Below, piece after piece: positions 29,740-38,407 of a DNA stretch of 64,000 nucleotides (position 1 is its first letter; every line of letters begins with the position of its first letter). The DNA lies in contig PGYQ01000001.1 in assembly GCA_002839745.1 (NCBI GenBank), positions 16,775 through 80,774 on the forward strand, given 5' to 3'. This DNA is from Candidatus Kuenenbacteria bacterium HGW-Kuenenbacteria-1. Its GTDB lineage: Bacteria > Patescibacteriota > Patescibacteriia > UBA2591 > PGYQ01. Position numbers and translations under genes: made by a program. Below the pieces are notes generated by a model, which saw only the letters and a program-made list of their open reading frames with translations, had not been told where the DNA came from and did not search any database.

Positions 29740-30897
29740 TTAATTTTTGTTTATTATCTCATTTAAAATTTTCCATCTTTTCTTTTTTTCTTCTTTAGAA
29801 ACATCATTTTTTAATTTAAAGGCGACGGTTTCTGCACGAGGGGAATATTGAGAAATAAAGGCTTTGTTAAATTTTATTTTTTTACATAATTTAACAGTGT
29901 TTTCAAATTGTTTTTTTGTTTCTCCAGGAAAACCAACAATAATATCAGTGGAAATAAAAATTTTTGGTATTTTTTTACGAATTTTTTGAACAAGATTTAA
30001 ATAATTTTTAACTGTATATTTTCGATTCATTTTTTTAAGAATTTCATTATCGCCTGATTGGACTGGTAAATGGAGTTCTTTTTTTATTTTTTCGCATTTT
30101 GCCATTGTGTTAATCAGTTCATTAGACATATCTTTTGGATGAGAAGTCATAAAAGAAATTTTAAAATCACCAGAAATTTCATTAATCATTTTTAACAAAG
30201 AAGGAAAATTTATAAATTTTGATTTTTTAGATGTAGTTTTGACATTTGACATTTGACATTTGACATTTGACTTGTAGCTATTTACATTTTGTCCCAGCAA
30301 AATAATCTCTTTGCGTTCTTTTTTAATTAAATTTTTTATCTCTTTTAAAATTTCTTCTGAAGACCGTGAAATTTCTCGTCCGCGAGTGTATGGAACAATG
30401 CAATATGAACAAAAATTATTACATCCCGTCATAATCGGAACATAAGCAATAGTTTTATTGGAATAGCTTGGTTTAATATGAAAATAATTAGCGGAATTTA
30501 TTTTTCCAAAAGGATTAAGGGATTCTTTGACTTTGTTTGATGGACTATCGGACTTCGTTTGAAATGACAAAAGAATTGATTTTAGTTGTGATAATTCTCG
30601 TATGTCAAAAATTAAATCCACTTTATTTTTAAATTTTTTTTTGTCTTTTTTTAAAATACAACCAGTAAGCGCAATAATTAAAGATGGGTTTTTCTTTTTT
30701 AATTTAGCAAAATTTTTCTCTTGTCCAAAAATTCGATCAATTGCTTTTTGTTTAACAGAACAGCAGTTAATCAATATTAAATTAGCTTTATTTTCATCTA
30801 AAGTAGGCTGATATTTCATTTTTTCTAAAACAGTTGTAATTCGTTCGGAGTCAGAAATATTCATCTGACATCCAAATGTGATAATTTTATAAAACAT
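29740..30897 (-). CDS. miaB: Radical-SAM methylthiotransferase (MiaB/RimO family)
   Basis: N-terminal MTTase domain (ITFGCQMN), radical SAM CNNFCSYCIVP; adjacent to miaA; carries in-frame GACATTT x4 insert (SNVKCQMSNVK); no obvious TRAM domain. Confidence 0.7.
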   Translation of the reverse strand: MFYKIITFGCQMNISDSERITTVLEKMKYQPTLDENKANLILINCCSVKQKAIDRIFGQEKNFAKLKKKNPSLIIALTGCILKKDKKKFKNKVDLIFDIRELSQLKSILLSFQTKSDSPSNKVKESLNPFGKINSANYFHIKPSYSNKTIAYVPIMTGCNNFCSYCIVPYTRGREISRSSEEILKEIKNLIKKERKEIILLGQNVNSYKSNVKCQMSNVKTTSKKSKFINFPSLLKMINEISGDFKISFMTSHPKDMSNELINTMAKCEKIKKELHLPVQSGDNEILKKMNRKYTVKNYLNLVQKIRKKIPKIFISTDIIVGFPGETKKQFENTVKLCKKIKFNKAFISQYSPRAETVAFKLKNDVSKEEKKKRWKILNEIINKN

Positions 30898-30906
30898 AAA
30901 TAAAAT

Positions 30907-32034
30907 TTATTGAATTATTATTTCTATATGGTTTTTAATTTTTGGAATTCTTTTTACCCAAAAAGGAGAAAATTTTATTTCTGTTTTTTTAATTCCTTGA
31001 AATTGACTAAAATATTCCTCTATTTCTATTTTTTTTAAACCAATTAATTTGTTTTTATTTAAAATTTCTGATTCTGAATTTAAAGTAGATATTCCTTCTA
31101 AATGAACTTTAATCAAAGCTTCTTTGGTTTTAGAATTATATTGTTCAACTGAATAAGTAAAATTTTGTAAAGGATTAACTAATTTTTGATAAGTATAAAT
31201 TTTTTCTAAAAGTTTAGTTTTAGCTTTTGCTAGTAATTTTTCTTTATCAAAAATAATTGCGGTAATTTTTAATTTAATTCCTAAATTAAATTCATCTTTT
31301 TGTTCTCCAATTTCAACATCTTTTTTTGTTTCTATAATTTCAGAAACAAAAAGACAGGGGATTAAATGATTTTTTTCATTTTCTAGCGCAAATGGTTCAT
31401 CAATTGCTTTTTGAATTTTTTGTAAAATTCTTTTTTTTAATTCATCCGTGGCATTTTTAATATTTTCTTTGGTAACAATTTTATTTTTTTTAATACTTTT
31501 TTTTATTGGTTTATTGCTTTGAGCATAAATTTGATCTTGTATTTGTTTAGGAAGTCCGGGAATAATAAAATGAATTTCTGATTGAGAAATTTCACTTTCT
31601 TTTCCTGGTTGATCAGCATAAATTTCAACTTCAATTTTTCCATTAGAAGGAACATATGCATCGTTTTTAATACGATATAAAATATTATCTGGAGAAAGAA
31701 GGCGAGTTGTAGCAATTAAACGGCGATCAATGGAAGTTTGGTTAAAAATTGTTGCTTTTCCAATAGCTCGTGTTTCTATTTCTGTGTTAGTTTCTTGAGA
31801 AGGGAAAGTGTCTTGTTCTTCTTCAAAAGTTTCAGAAAAATTAACTAAAAACTCATTTGAATTTTTAGAATCAATAATTTCTTTTGCCAAAATAGTAAAA
31901 TCTATTTCATTTTTTTGAGAATCAGGATAAATAAAAATCATTGCTTTTGTAAAAGAAAAATAAATAATAACTAAAATTAAAAGAGTTGTGAATGCGATAA
32001 AAGAAATACTTATTTTTTTAAGAAGCTGATCCAT
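30907..32034 (-). CDS. Hypothetical protein with N-terminal signal-anchor
   Basis: TM segment ISFIAFTTLLILVIIYFSF; no recognisable motif. Confidence 0.4.
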   Translation of the reverse strand: MDQLLKKISISFIAFTTLLILVIIYFSFTKAMIFIYPDSQKNEIDFTILAKEIIDSKNSNEFLVNFSETFEEEQDTFPSQETNTEIETRAIGKATIFNQTSIDRRLIATTRLLSPDNILYRIKNDAYVPSNGKIEVEIYADQPGKESEISQSEIHFIIPGLPKQIQDQIYAQSNKPIKKSIKKNKIVTKENIKNATDELKKRILQKIQKAIDEPFALENEKNHLIPCLFVSEIIETKKDVEIGEQKDEFNLGIKLKITAIIFDKEKLLAKAKTKLLEKIYTYQKLVNPLQNFTYSVEQYNSKTKEALIKVHLEGISTLNSESEILNKNKLIGLKKIEIEEYFSQFQGIKKTEIKFSPFWVKRIPKIKNHIEIIIQ

Positions 32035-32330
32035 ATAATGAAAAATGAAAATTAATAATCAGATATTATCATACTTTTTCTCATATTTCAAATTATGTCA
32101 AAGTAATGTCAAAGCAATTTAGAAATGTCATACCTTGATAAATTAATTAAGTTAAAAGTTGAAAGTTAAATGTTATAATTTCTTAAGAATAATTAGAAAA
32201 TTTTGATTTGACATTTTTTAAATCCGTGTTTTAATTAAAATTAATTTTAAACAGATAAAATTGATTTAATAATACGAAAACAGTTCGTATATAAACGAGT
32301 TAGACGAAATAATTTTTTTATCTCAATAAT

Positions 32331-32672
32331 ATGGAAACAATTTTTGACGAAATTTTTAAAGCGCTTGGGTACTTGTTTATAGCGGGTATAGTTTACTTTG
32401 CATGGAAAACAGCAAACGACAACGCAACGGGCGGTAAATATAAAACTGTTTTATGGAAAGGTTTTTTATGGTGCGCTGGCATAGCTTTATTTGCAAGCAT
32501 AACCTTGGGAAATCCTACTTGCGAAGAACGCTCTGATCCTGTTTATGGTGGTTGTGAGCAATATGCTGATGATGGTTATGAACCAACTACTGAACAGAGA
32601 GCGGCAAAATTTGCTTATTTCATGACATTGCTATATATACCGGTAGTAATTGGCGCTTTAAAAAAGAGATAA
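32331..32672 (+). CDS. Small G+C-rich membrane protein with Cys-containing extracytoplasmic loop
   Basis: Two or three TM helices, CEERSDPVYGGCEQYADDGYEP loop; composition unlike flanks; sits in a 1.1-kb gene-poor, repeat-rich gap. Confidence 0.4.
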   Translation: METIFDEIFKALGYLFIAGIVYFAWKTANDNATGGKYKTVLWKGFLWCAGIALFASITLGNPTCEERSDPVYGGCEQYADDGYEPTTEQRAAKFAYFMTLLYIPVVIGALKKR

Positions 32673-32861
32673 AAAAAATTACATCGTCTAACACGGCATA
32701 TCTGCAAGAGCTAAAGCCACATTTCGCCACTCTAATTAAAATAATAATGGATGTGGCGAAACGTCAGATACGCCGAAACGTTATGTAAAATAGCCAGAAA
32801 TTTTTTTTATTTTTATTTATCTCGTTAAAAAATCTTACCTTGCTTACTTTTTCTAATAAGG

Positions 32862-32895
32862 TTTATTTATCGGCAAATTTAGATTGCCGATTTTT
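32862..32895 (+). terminator. Hairpin plus T run (terminator candidate)
   Basis: tcggcaaatttagattgccga followed by ttttttttat. Confidence 0.4.
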
Positions 32896-33159
32896 TTTAT
32901 TTTTGCTATAATCCACTTTGGATTACGAAATGTAATTTAAGAAAGCGCCAAATGCAAAATTATAAATCCTAATCCGCTAGCTGGCGGACTTAAAAAAGTT
33001 GAAAGTTAAAAGTTAAAAGTTAAAAGTTATTGTATTCGTTTTGCTCATAAATAATAATAAAATTATTTGGTGCGAAGTAACACCTTAATTAAAAATTTAT
33101 AATTTCTTGCAAAGTATCTATTTTATTTATAATTTATAATTTAAAATTTATAATTTCTT

Positions 33160-35691
33160 ATGTATTCTCATCAAAAAATTGAAAAAAAGTGGCAGGAGAT
33201 TTGGGAGAAAAACCAATCTCATAAAACAAAAAGCGCTTCAAAAAAGAAAAAATTTTTTTGTCTTGATATGTTTCCCTATCCTTCTGGCGAGGGATTACAT
33301 GTGGGACATTTGCGAGGATATTCTTATTCAGACGCAATTGCCAGAAAGAAAAAAATGGAAGGGTATAATGTCCTGCATCCAATGGGCTGGGACGCTTTTG
33401 GTTTACCAGCTGAAAATTTTGCTTTAAAACATGGGGTTCATCCTATTGAAAGTACTAAAAAAAATATAGCTAATATTAAAAAACAACTTGAAGCTTCGGG
33501 ATTTATGTATGATTGGACACGAGAAATTAATTCTTCTTCTTTAGAATATTATCAATGGACGCAATGGTTATTTTTACAATTATACAAAAATGGATTAGCT
33601 TACAGAAAAGAAGCACCAGTCAATTTTTGTCCTTCTTGTGAAGCCAGCTTAGCTAATGAAGAAGTGGTGGATGGGAAATGTGAACGATGTGGAACATTGA
33701 CAATTAAAAAAAATTTAAAACAATGGTTTTTTAAAATTACAAAATATGCTGATCAATTAGTTGATGATTTAAAAGTTTTGGATTGGCCGGAAAAAGTTAA
33801 AACAATGCAAAAAAATTGGATTGGCCGTAGTTTTGGAACAGAATTTTTTATGGAGATTTTACATGGAGAAAAGGGTGTAATGGAATCAGAAAATATTGAT
33901 AAATTTACTCAACAACGATTAAAAATTAATTTAAATGAAACAGTAAAAATAAAGGTTTATACAACTCGCATTGATACTATTTTTGGAATTACTTATGTTG
34001 TTTTGGCGCCAGAACATCCTTTGGTTCCTTATTTAACTACTCAAGAATATAAAGATGATATAGAAAAATATGTAGAAAAAACGAGAGATGCTTCAGAAAT
34101 TGAAAGAACTTCACAAGAAAAAGAAAAAACTGGCGTTTTTACTGGTTCCTATGCGACGAATCCTGTTAATGGCGCCAAGGTTCCGATTTGGATTGCTGAT
34201 TATGTTTTGTTTGAATATGGCACTGGCGCGATTATGGCTGTGCCAGCTCATGATGAACGAGATTTTATTTTTGCTAAAAAATATGACTTGGAAATTATTG
34301 AGGTAATAAAATCAGAGGATAAACAATCTTCTATTGAAAATTGCGCTTTTATTGATGATGGAATTTTAATAAGCTCGGGAGAATTTGATCAATTGTCATC
34401 GGTTGTAGCGCGAGAAAAAATTACTCAATGGTTAGAAAATCAGGGTTTGGGATTTGGAACAAAAAAATATAAAATCAGGGATTGGCTTATTTCTCGACAA
34501 CGATATTGGGGAGCACCAATACCAATTATTTATTGTAATCAATGTGGAGAAATTCCAGTTTTGGAAGAAAATTTGCCAATTAAATTACCAGAAAATATTC
34601 AAAATTTTAGCCCCACAGCGGATGGAAGATCTCCATTGGCTAGTGTTAAAGAATTTATTGAAACAAAATGTCCTTATTGTGGAGGATATGCCGAAAGAGA
34701 AACAGACACAATTTCTCAATGGGTATGTTCTTCCTGGTATTTTACTCGATATGCTGATTCAAAAAATTCAAAAGAAATTTTTAATAAGAAAAAAGTAAAT
34801 CATTGGTTGCCGGTTGATTTGTATATTGGTGGTGTGGAGCATGCAATTTTACATTTACTTTACGCGCGATTTTTTACAAAGGTGATGCGTGATTTAAAAT
34901 TAATAGAATTCAGCGAGCCATTTATTCATCTTTTTAATCAAGGAATGATTTATTATAAAGGAAAAAAAATGAGTAAATCCAAAGGCAATGTTGTTAACCC
35001 AGATGAATTTTTTGAAAAATATGGCGCTGATACGATGCGAGTTTATGAACTTTTTATGGGACCTGCTGAACAAGATGTTGAATGGAATGATCAAGGCGTG
35101 ATTGGAGCAAATCGATTTTTGCAAAAAGTTTGGAAAATCGTTGAAAATTCCGTAAACACGAATCCTTGTGGTTGTTTAGAAAATAAAACAATAGAACAAT
35201 GTAAAAACTTAAAAGTATTGGAACGACTGACTCATCAAACAATAAAAAAAGTGACTGAAGATATTGAGGCTTTTAAATTTAACACAGTAATTAGCTGTTT
35301 AATGGAATACACGAATTCAATTTTTAATAATAAGTTTAAAGTTCAAAAAGAATATGTTGAAATTTTATTAAAATTGCTTGCGCCGATTGCACCTCATATT
35401 TGTGAGGAATTATGGCACAAACTACATCCAGAGCTTTTTGAAAAAGAAAGTATTTTTGACCAAAAATGGCCTAAATATGACGCTGATTTAATTATAAATG
35501 AAAAATTTGAATTGGTAGTTCAAATTAATAGTAAAGTAAGGTGTAGTATAGAAGTAGAAAAAAATATTTCTGAGGCTGAAGCAAAAGAATTGGCTTTGAA
35601 AAATGAAAAAACAAAAAAATGGATTTCAGAAGAATCTAAAATTAAAAAAATTATCTTTGTTCCTGGGAAATTAATTAATATTGTGATTTAA
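33160..35691 (+). CDS. leuS: Leucine--tRNA ligase
   Basis: PYPSGEGLHVGHLRGY (HIGH), KMSKSKGN, CP1 editing and zinc modules (CPSCEASL, CERCG). Confidence 0.9.
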   Translation: MYSHQKIEKKWQEIWEKNQSHKTKSASKKKKFFCLDMFPYPSGEGLHVGHLRGYSYSDAIARKKKMEGYNVLHPMGWDAFGLPAENFALKHGVHPIESTKKNIANIKKQLEASGFMYDWTREINSSSLEYYQWTQWLFLQLYKNGLAYRKEAPVNFCPSCEASLANEEVVDGKCERCGTLTIKKNLKQWFFKITKYADQLVDDLKVLDWPEKVKTMQKNWIGRSFGTEFFMEILHGEKGVMESENIDKFTQQRLKINLNETVKIKVYTTRIDTIFGITYVVLAPEHPLVPYLTTQEYKDDIEKYVEKTRDASEIERTSQEKEKTGVFTGSYATNPVNGAKVPIWIADYVLFEYGTGAIMAVPAHDERDFIFAKKYDLEIIEVIKSEDKQSSIENCAFIDDGILISSGEFDQLSSVVAREKITQWLENQGLGFGTKKYKIRDWLISRQRYWGAPIPIIYCNQCGEIPVLEENLPIKLPENIQNFSPTADGRSPLASVKEFIETKCPYCGGYAERETDTISQWVCSSWYFTRYADSKNSKEIFNKKKVNHWLPVDLYIGGVEHAILHLLYARFFTKVMRDLKLIEFSEPFIHLFNQGMIYYKGKKMSKSKGNVVNPDEFFEKYGADTMRVYELFMGPAEQDVEWNDQGVIGANRFLQKVWKIVENSVNTNPCGCLENKTIEQCKNLKVLERLTHQTIKKVTEDIEAFKFNTVISCLMEYTNSIFNNKFKVQKEYVEILLKLLAPIAPHICEELWHKLHPELFEKESIFDQKWPKYDADLIINEKFELVVQINSKVRCSIEVEKNISEAEAKELALKNEKTKKWISEESKIKKIIFVPGKLINIVI

Positions 35692-35759
35692 TTAAATAAT
35701 TAAATAAATTTACTTATCATATGGACTCTTTATATTTCAAAATATAAAAATGAAAGGCG

Positions 35760-36254
35760 GTGAAAATTATGGAAGATAATAAAAATTTAGAAACAGGCTG
35801 TTGCCCAAAATTTAATCCAGAACCATGGAATGACAAAGAAATTGTTTGGGAAAATAAATTATTTGTTAAAGATTGTGTAAAAAGTTTTTTTCATATCCCA
35901 TTAAATTTTGGCAAGATTATGACGAAAAATATGGAAAAGATTAAATTAGCAAATGTTTTTGATTCTGAAATGATTGTAATGACAGATGAAAAATCTTTAT
36001 GGGGTAGCGATGTTTATATTTCAGTTAGCAAGGACGCGCCTGAATTAGAAATAGTAAAAATATCCGGAACATTTTTAACCAAGGTTTTTGAAGGGTCTTA
36101 TAAAAATATGGGTAATTGGATTAAAGAGATGCAAGGTTTTGTTAAATCAAAAGAAAAAGAGATTAAAAAAATGTTCTTTTTCTATACCACCTGTCCCAAA
36201 TGCGCTAAGATATATGGCAAAAATTACACGGTTATTTTAGTGCAAATTAAATAA
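35760..36254 (+). CDS. Hypothetical protein with C-terminal CPKC zinc-ribbon-like motif
   Basis: GCCPKFNPEPW near N-terminus, TTCPKCAKIYG near C-terminus; no family assignment. Confidence 0.4.
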   Translation: MKIMEDNKNLETGCCPKFNPEPWNDKEIVWENKLFVKDCVKSFFHIPLNFGKIMTKNMEKIKLANVFDSEMIVMTDEKSLWGSDVYISVSKDAPELEIVKISGTFLTKVFEGSYKNMGNWIKEMQGFVKSKEKEIKKMFFFYTTCPKCAKIYGKNYTVILVQIK

Positions 36255-36282
36255 TTTACTTTGAATTACAAAACTCTCTATT

Positions 36283-36360
36283 TTGTCATTCCTTCGATGG
36301 CAATTAGAAATTTATTTAGTCCATGGACCAGTCTATGGACTATTGGCTAAAATTAGCAAT
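36283..36360. repeat. Palindromic repeat related to 14855-14945 and 28370-28420 elements
   Basis: ttttgtcattccttcgatggc and tagtccatggaccagtctatggacta / ggctaaaattagc units. Confidence 0.55.
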
Positions 36361-36512
36361 TTTAAATTTATAAACAAGAAAATAAAATTTTAAACTGTAT
36401 TATTTTTAATATGTTAACATAATATAAATTTTTATATTGAAAGGTGTATTTTTTTGAAGTCACCTTCGTATTTTGTAGTAGAAGGGAAAAATATTAAAAT
36501 CTAAAAAATATT

Positions 36513-36647
36513 ATTTTACGGTGTGTTGACTAATAGACTCTATATTTCGATCAAATTCACCGATAAAACTTGGTTGTGTGGCAAGGCTTTTGGCTGGGGC
36601 GATTATTCTTATTTCGTCGCCTTTTTTAAGTTTTTCTGGAGTCATAT
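36513..36647 (-). pseudogene. N-terminal 44-aa remnant of an LD-carboxypeptidase (S66/LdcA-like) gene
   Basis: MTPEKLKKGDEIRIIAPAKSLA matches the LdcA N-terminal GD-x-I-x-IIAPSS motif, then stops; nothing coding downstream. Confidence 0.4.
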
Positions 36648-36649
36648 TG

Positions 36650-37539
36650 TTATTTTAATAATTTATTTTTAAAGTTAAATCCAAAATTTTTAGGACTAAA
36701 TAGTTTTAATCCTTTAGGTGTTCGCCATAATTTGCAACATTTTTTTCCAAAAACTTTCACCTTTTTATCTAAGGAAATATCACTATTATATAAAGGATAA
36801 TTATTAATATCTGTACATATAATTAAATCGGGGCAAGTCAGGATTATTTTTTTATTAATCCAAAATAGGAGATATTCATTTTTAATAAACAATCGTCCTT
36901 CTGAGTTTATATTTTTAATCCTAATATCTTTAGTAATAAACCCATTCTTTTCTTTTTCTTTTATAGAAGAAACTGTTCCTTCATATAATAATTTTAATTC
37001 TTCATTTTTAAAAGATCATTAAAATTATTAGAATTAATAATTTTGCCAATTTTCAAAGCTTCTGACACAGTGCCGGTTTCTATTTTCTTTTCCAAAGTTT
37101 TTTTAGAAAAAGGGTAACCCACAACAAAAGTTTTTTCTTTAGAAAAAGTTCGCAAAATTCTTTCCTCTTCTTTAAAAGAAATTGATTTAGTAAAAATTGC
37201 TATATTGCCTTCTGTTCCAACTAAAACAAGAGGTGTTCTATTTAGTTTAAAGAGACTAATTGTTTCCAAAAAAATTTCCGGAGCAGACTTTCCACCTACA
37301 AAATCTGCATCAACAATTGGTAATTTTAATTCTGAAGCTATAAAAAAAGCAGATGCTAACGAAGTTGGACCAATTTCTACTGGGATTATTCCTTTTACCT
37401 TCTTTCCTAAATAATTTAATAATTCTTTAACTCCTTTTTTAATATAAGTTACAGGATCAATGTCTTTTATGGATGATCCTACCCCAAAGGCCGTGATAAA
37501 TAAATAAAGAGAGACCCTACATAAAATTGTGTCTGGCAT
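36650..37539 (-). pseudogene. Hypothetical gene split by a -1/+2 frameshift at ~36995 (ORFs 36994..37539 and 36650..36892 are contiguous in shifted frames)
   Basis: Reading frame of ORF 36650..36892 stays open upstream to overlap the last codons of ORF 36994..37539 at an A/T homopolymer; N-terminal codons come from dispersed motif copy B. Confidence 0.45.
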
Positions 37540-37646
37540 AGTAAAAATGTATAATTAATTTTGTCATAATAGTTAAAGTGTTTTAATAATAAATTTAATA
37601 TTTATTCTAGATAAAAAAAGCTAGACACACTTTTATGAACGGTCCC
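37511..37646. mobile_element. MITE-like unit: dispersed motif copy B (37511-37549, direct) and diverged inverted copy B' (37620-37646) about 100 bp apart
   Basis: gagaccctacataaaattgtgtctggcatagtaaaaatg vs reverse-complement gggaccgttcataaaagtgtgtctagc. Confidence 0.45.
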
Positions 37647-37779
37647 TTTTTTTTTTCGCCATTGGACAATCCCAATCCGTTGGCATCTCATCCACCTCCG
37701 AGACCTTTTGCCATGGGGGTAAAAGATCGGGAACCCTCATTGCGATCCATGTTTTTAGATCGTCTTTTTTTATTTTCAT
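37602..37779 (-). CDS. Small (~58 aa) G+C-rich ORF with strong SD, homologous at its 3' end to the IS-remnant ORF at 56150 (coordinates approximate)
   Basis: aaggagg-N7-ATG; ...DCPMAKKKGTVHKSVSS parallels ...CSPRLQKKKETLHKIISG at 56150; likely a decayed transposase-associated fragment rather than a functional gene. Confidence 0.3.
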
Positions 37780-37990
37780 TTTTTTCCTCCTTAAAAATAG
37801 AATAGAATTTTTCCTTTTCAGAAATAAAAAATCCCTTCTGAAAAGGGATTGAGCGTGAAGAATAAAAATTTAAACAAAACCAATCACAACCAATCTCTTT
37901 TCAAAAGAATTGATTGTGATGATGTATATAAATATTATTTTTTATTAAAGCTTGTCGCATATATTTTAAAATAAAAATTTTTAGTCTTAC

Positions 37991-38110
37991 CGTGTTAACA
38001 CGATGGAATTAGTACTCTAAAAATTATTTTGTTGGAGCATTAGTTTTTAGAAAAATAATTTAAAGAGGATTGAATTTTTAAATATTTAATTTTCTCACTG
38101 TGTTAACACA
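37991..38110. promoter_or_regulatory. Two 12-bp perfect palindromes cGTGTTAACACg / tGTGTTAACACa spaced 108 bp apart, upstream of the P-type ATPase
   Basis: 37991-38002 and 38099-38110; operator-like dyads in an otherwise AT-rich 0.4-kb leader. Confidence 0.4.
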
Positions 38111-38407
38111 ATAAAGAATATAAAAAATAAATTATTTTAAATCTATATATTTATATATACTTATTTTATAAAAATTGTCAAATTTTTTTTCCACAGGCGT
38201 CAAAAAAACAATTAACATTTAATTTGGGGGTACGATACTCAAACATAACGACACTTAAATATAAAAAATGGACAGGAGGATAATTTTACATTATTATATA
38301 AAAAATAAAATGAATTAAATTTTTAATAAAAAGAATATGACTAATTCGGGAGTTGAACTTCTGACATTGGCATACGCTATTATTTAACGATATTTTAATT
38401 ATTTTTT

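Noticed and set aside
33179-35242. Short ORFs overlapping leuS on both strands (33179..33427, 34088..34306, 34454..34798, 34900..35124, 35054..35242)
   Set aside because: Embedded in alternative frames of leuS, whose frame carries HIGH/KMSKS motifs.
37540-38400. Possible structured ncRNA (RNase P, SRP or tmRNA) in the 0.87-kb gap
   Set aside because: No conserved RNase P (AGTCCGGGC), SRP domain IV or tmRNA tRNA-like terminus recognisable by eye; content better explained by IS remnant, terminator hairpin and operator dyads. An Infernal scan would be decisive.
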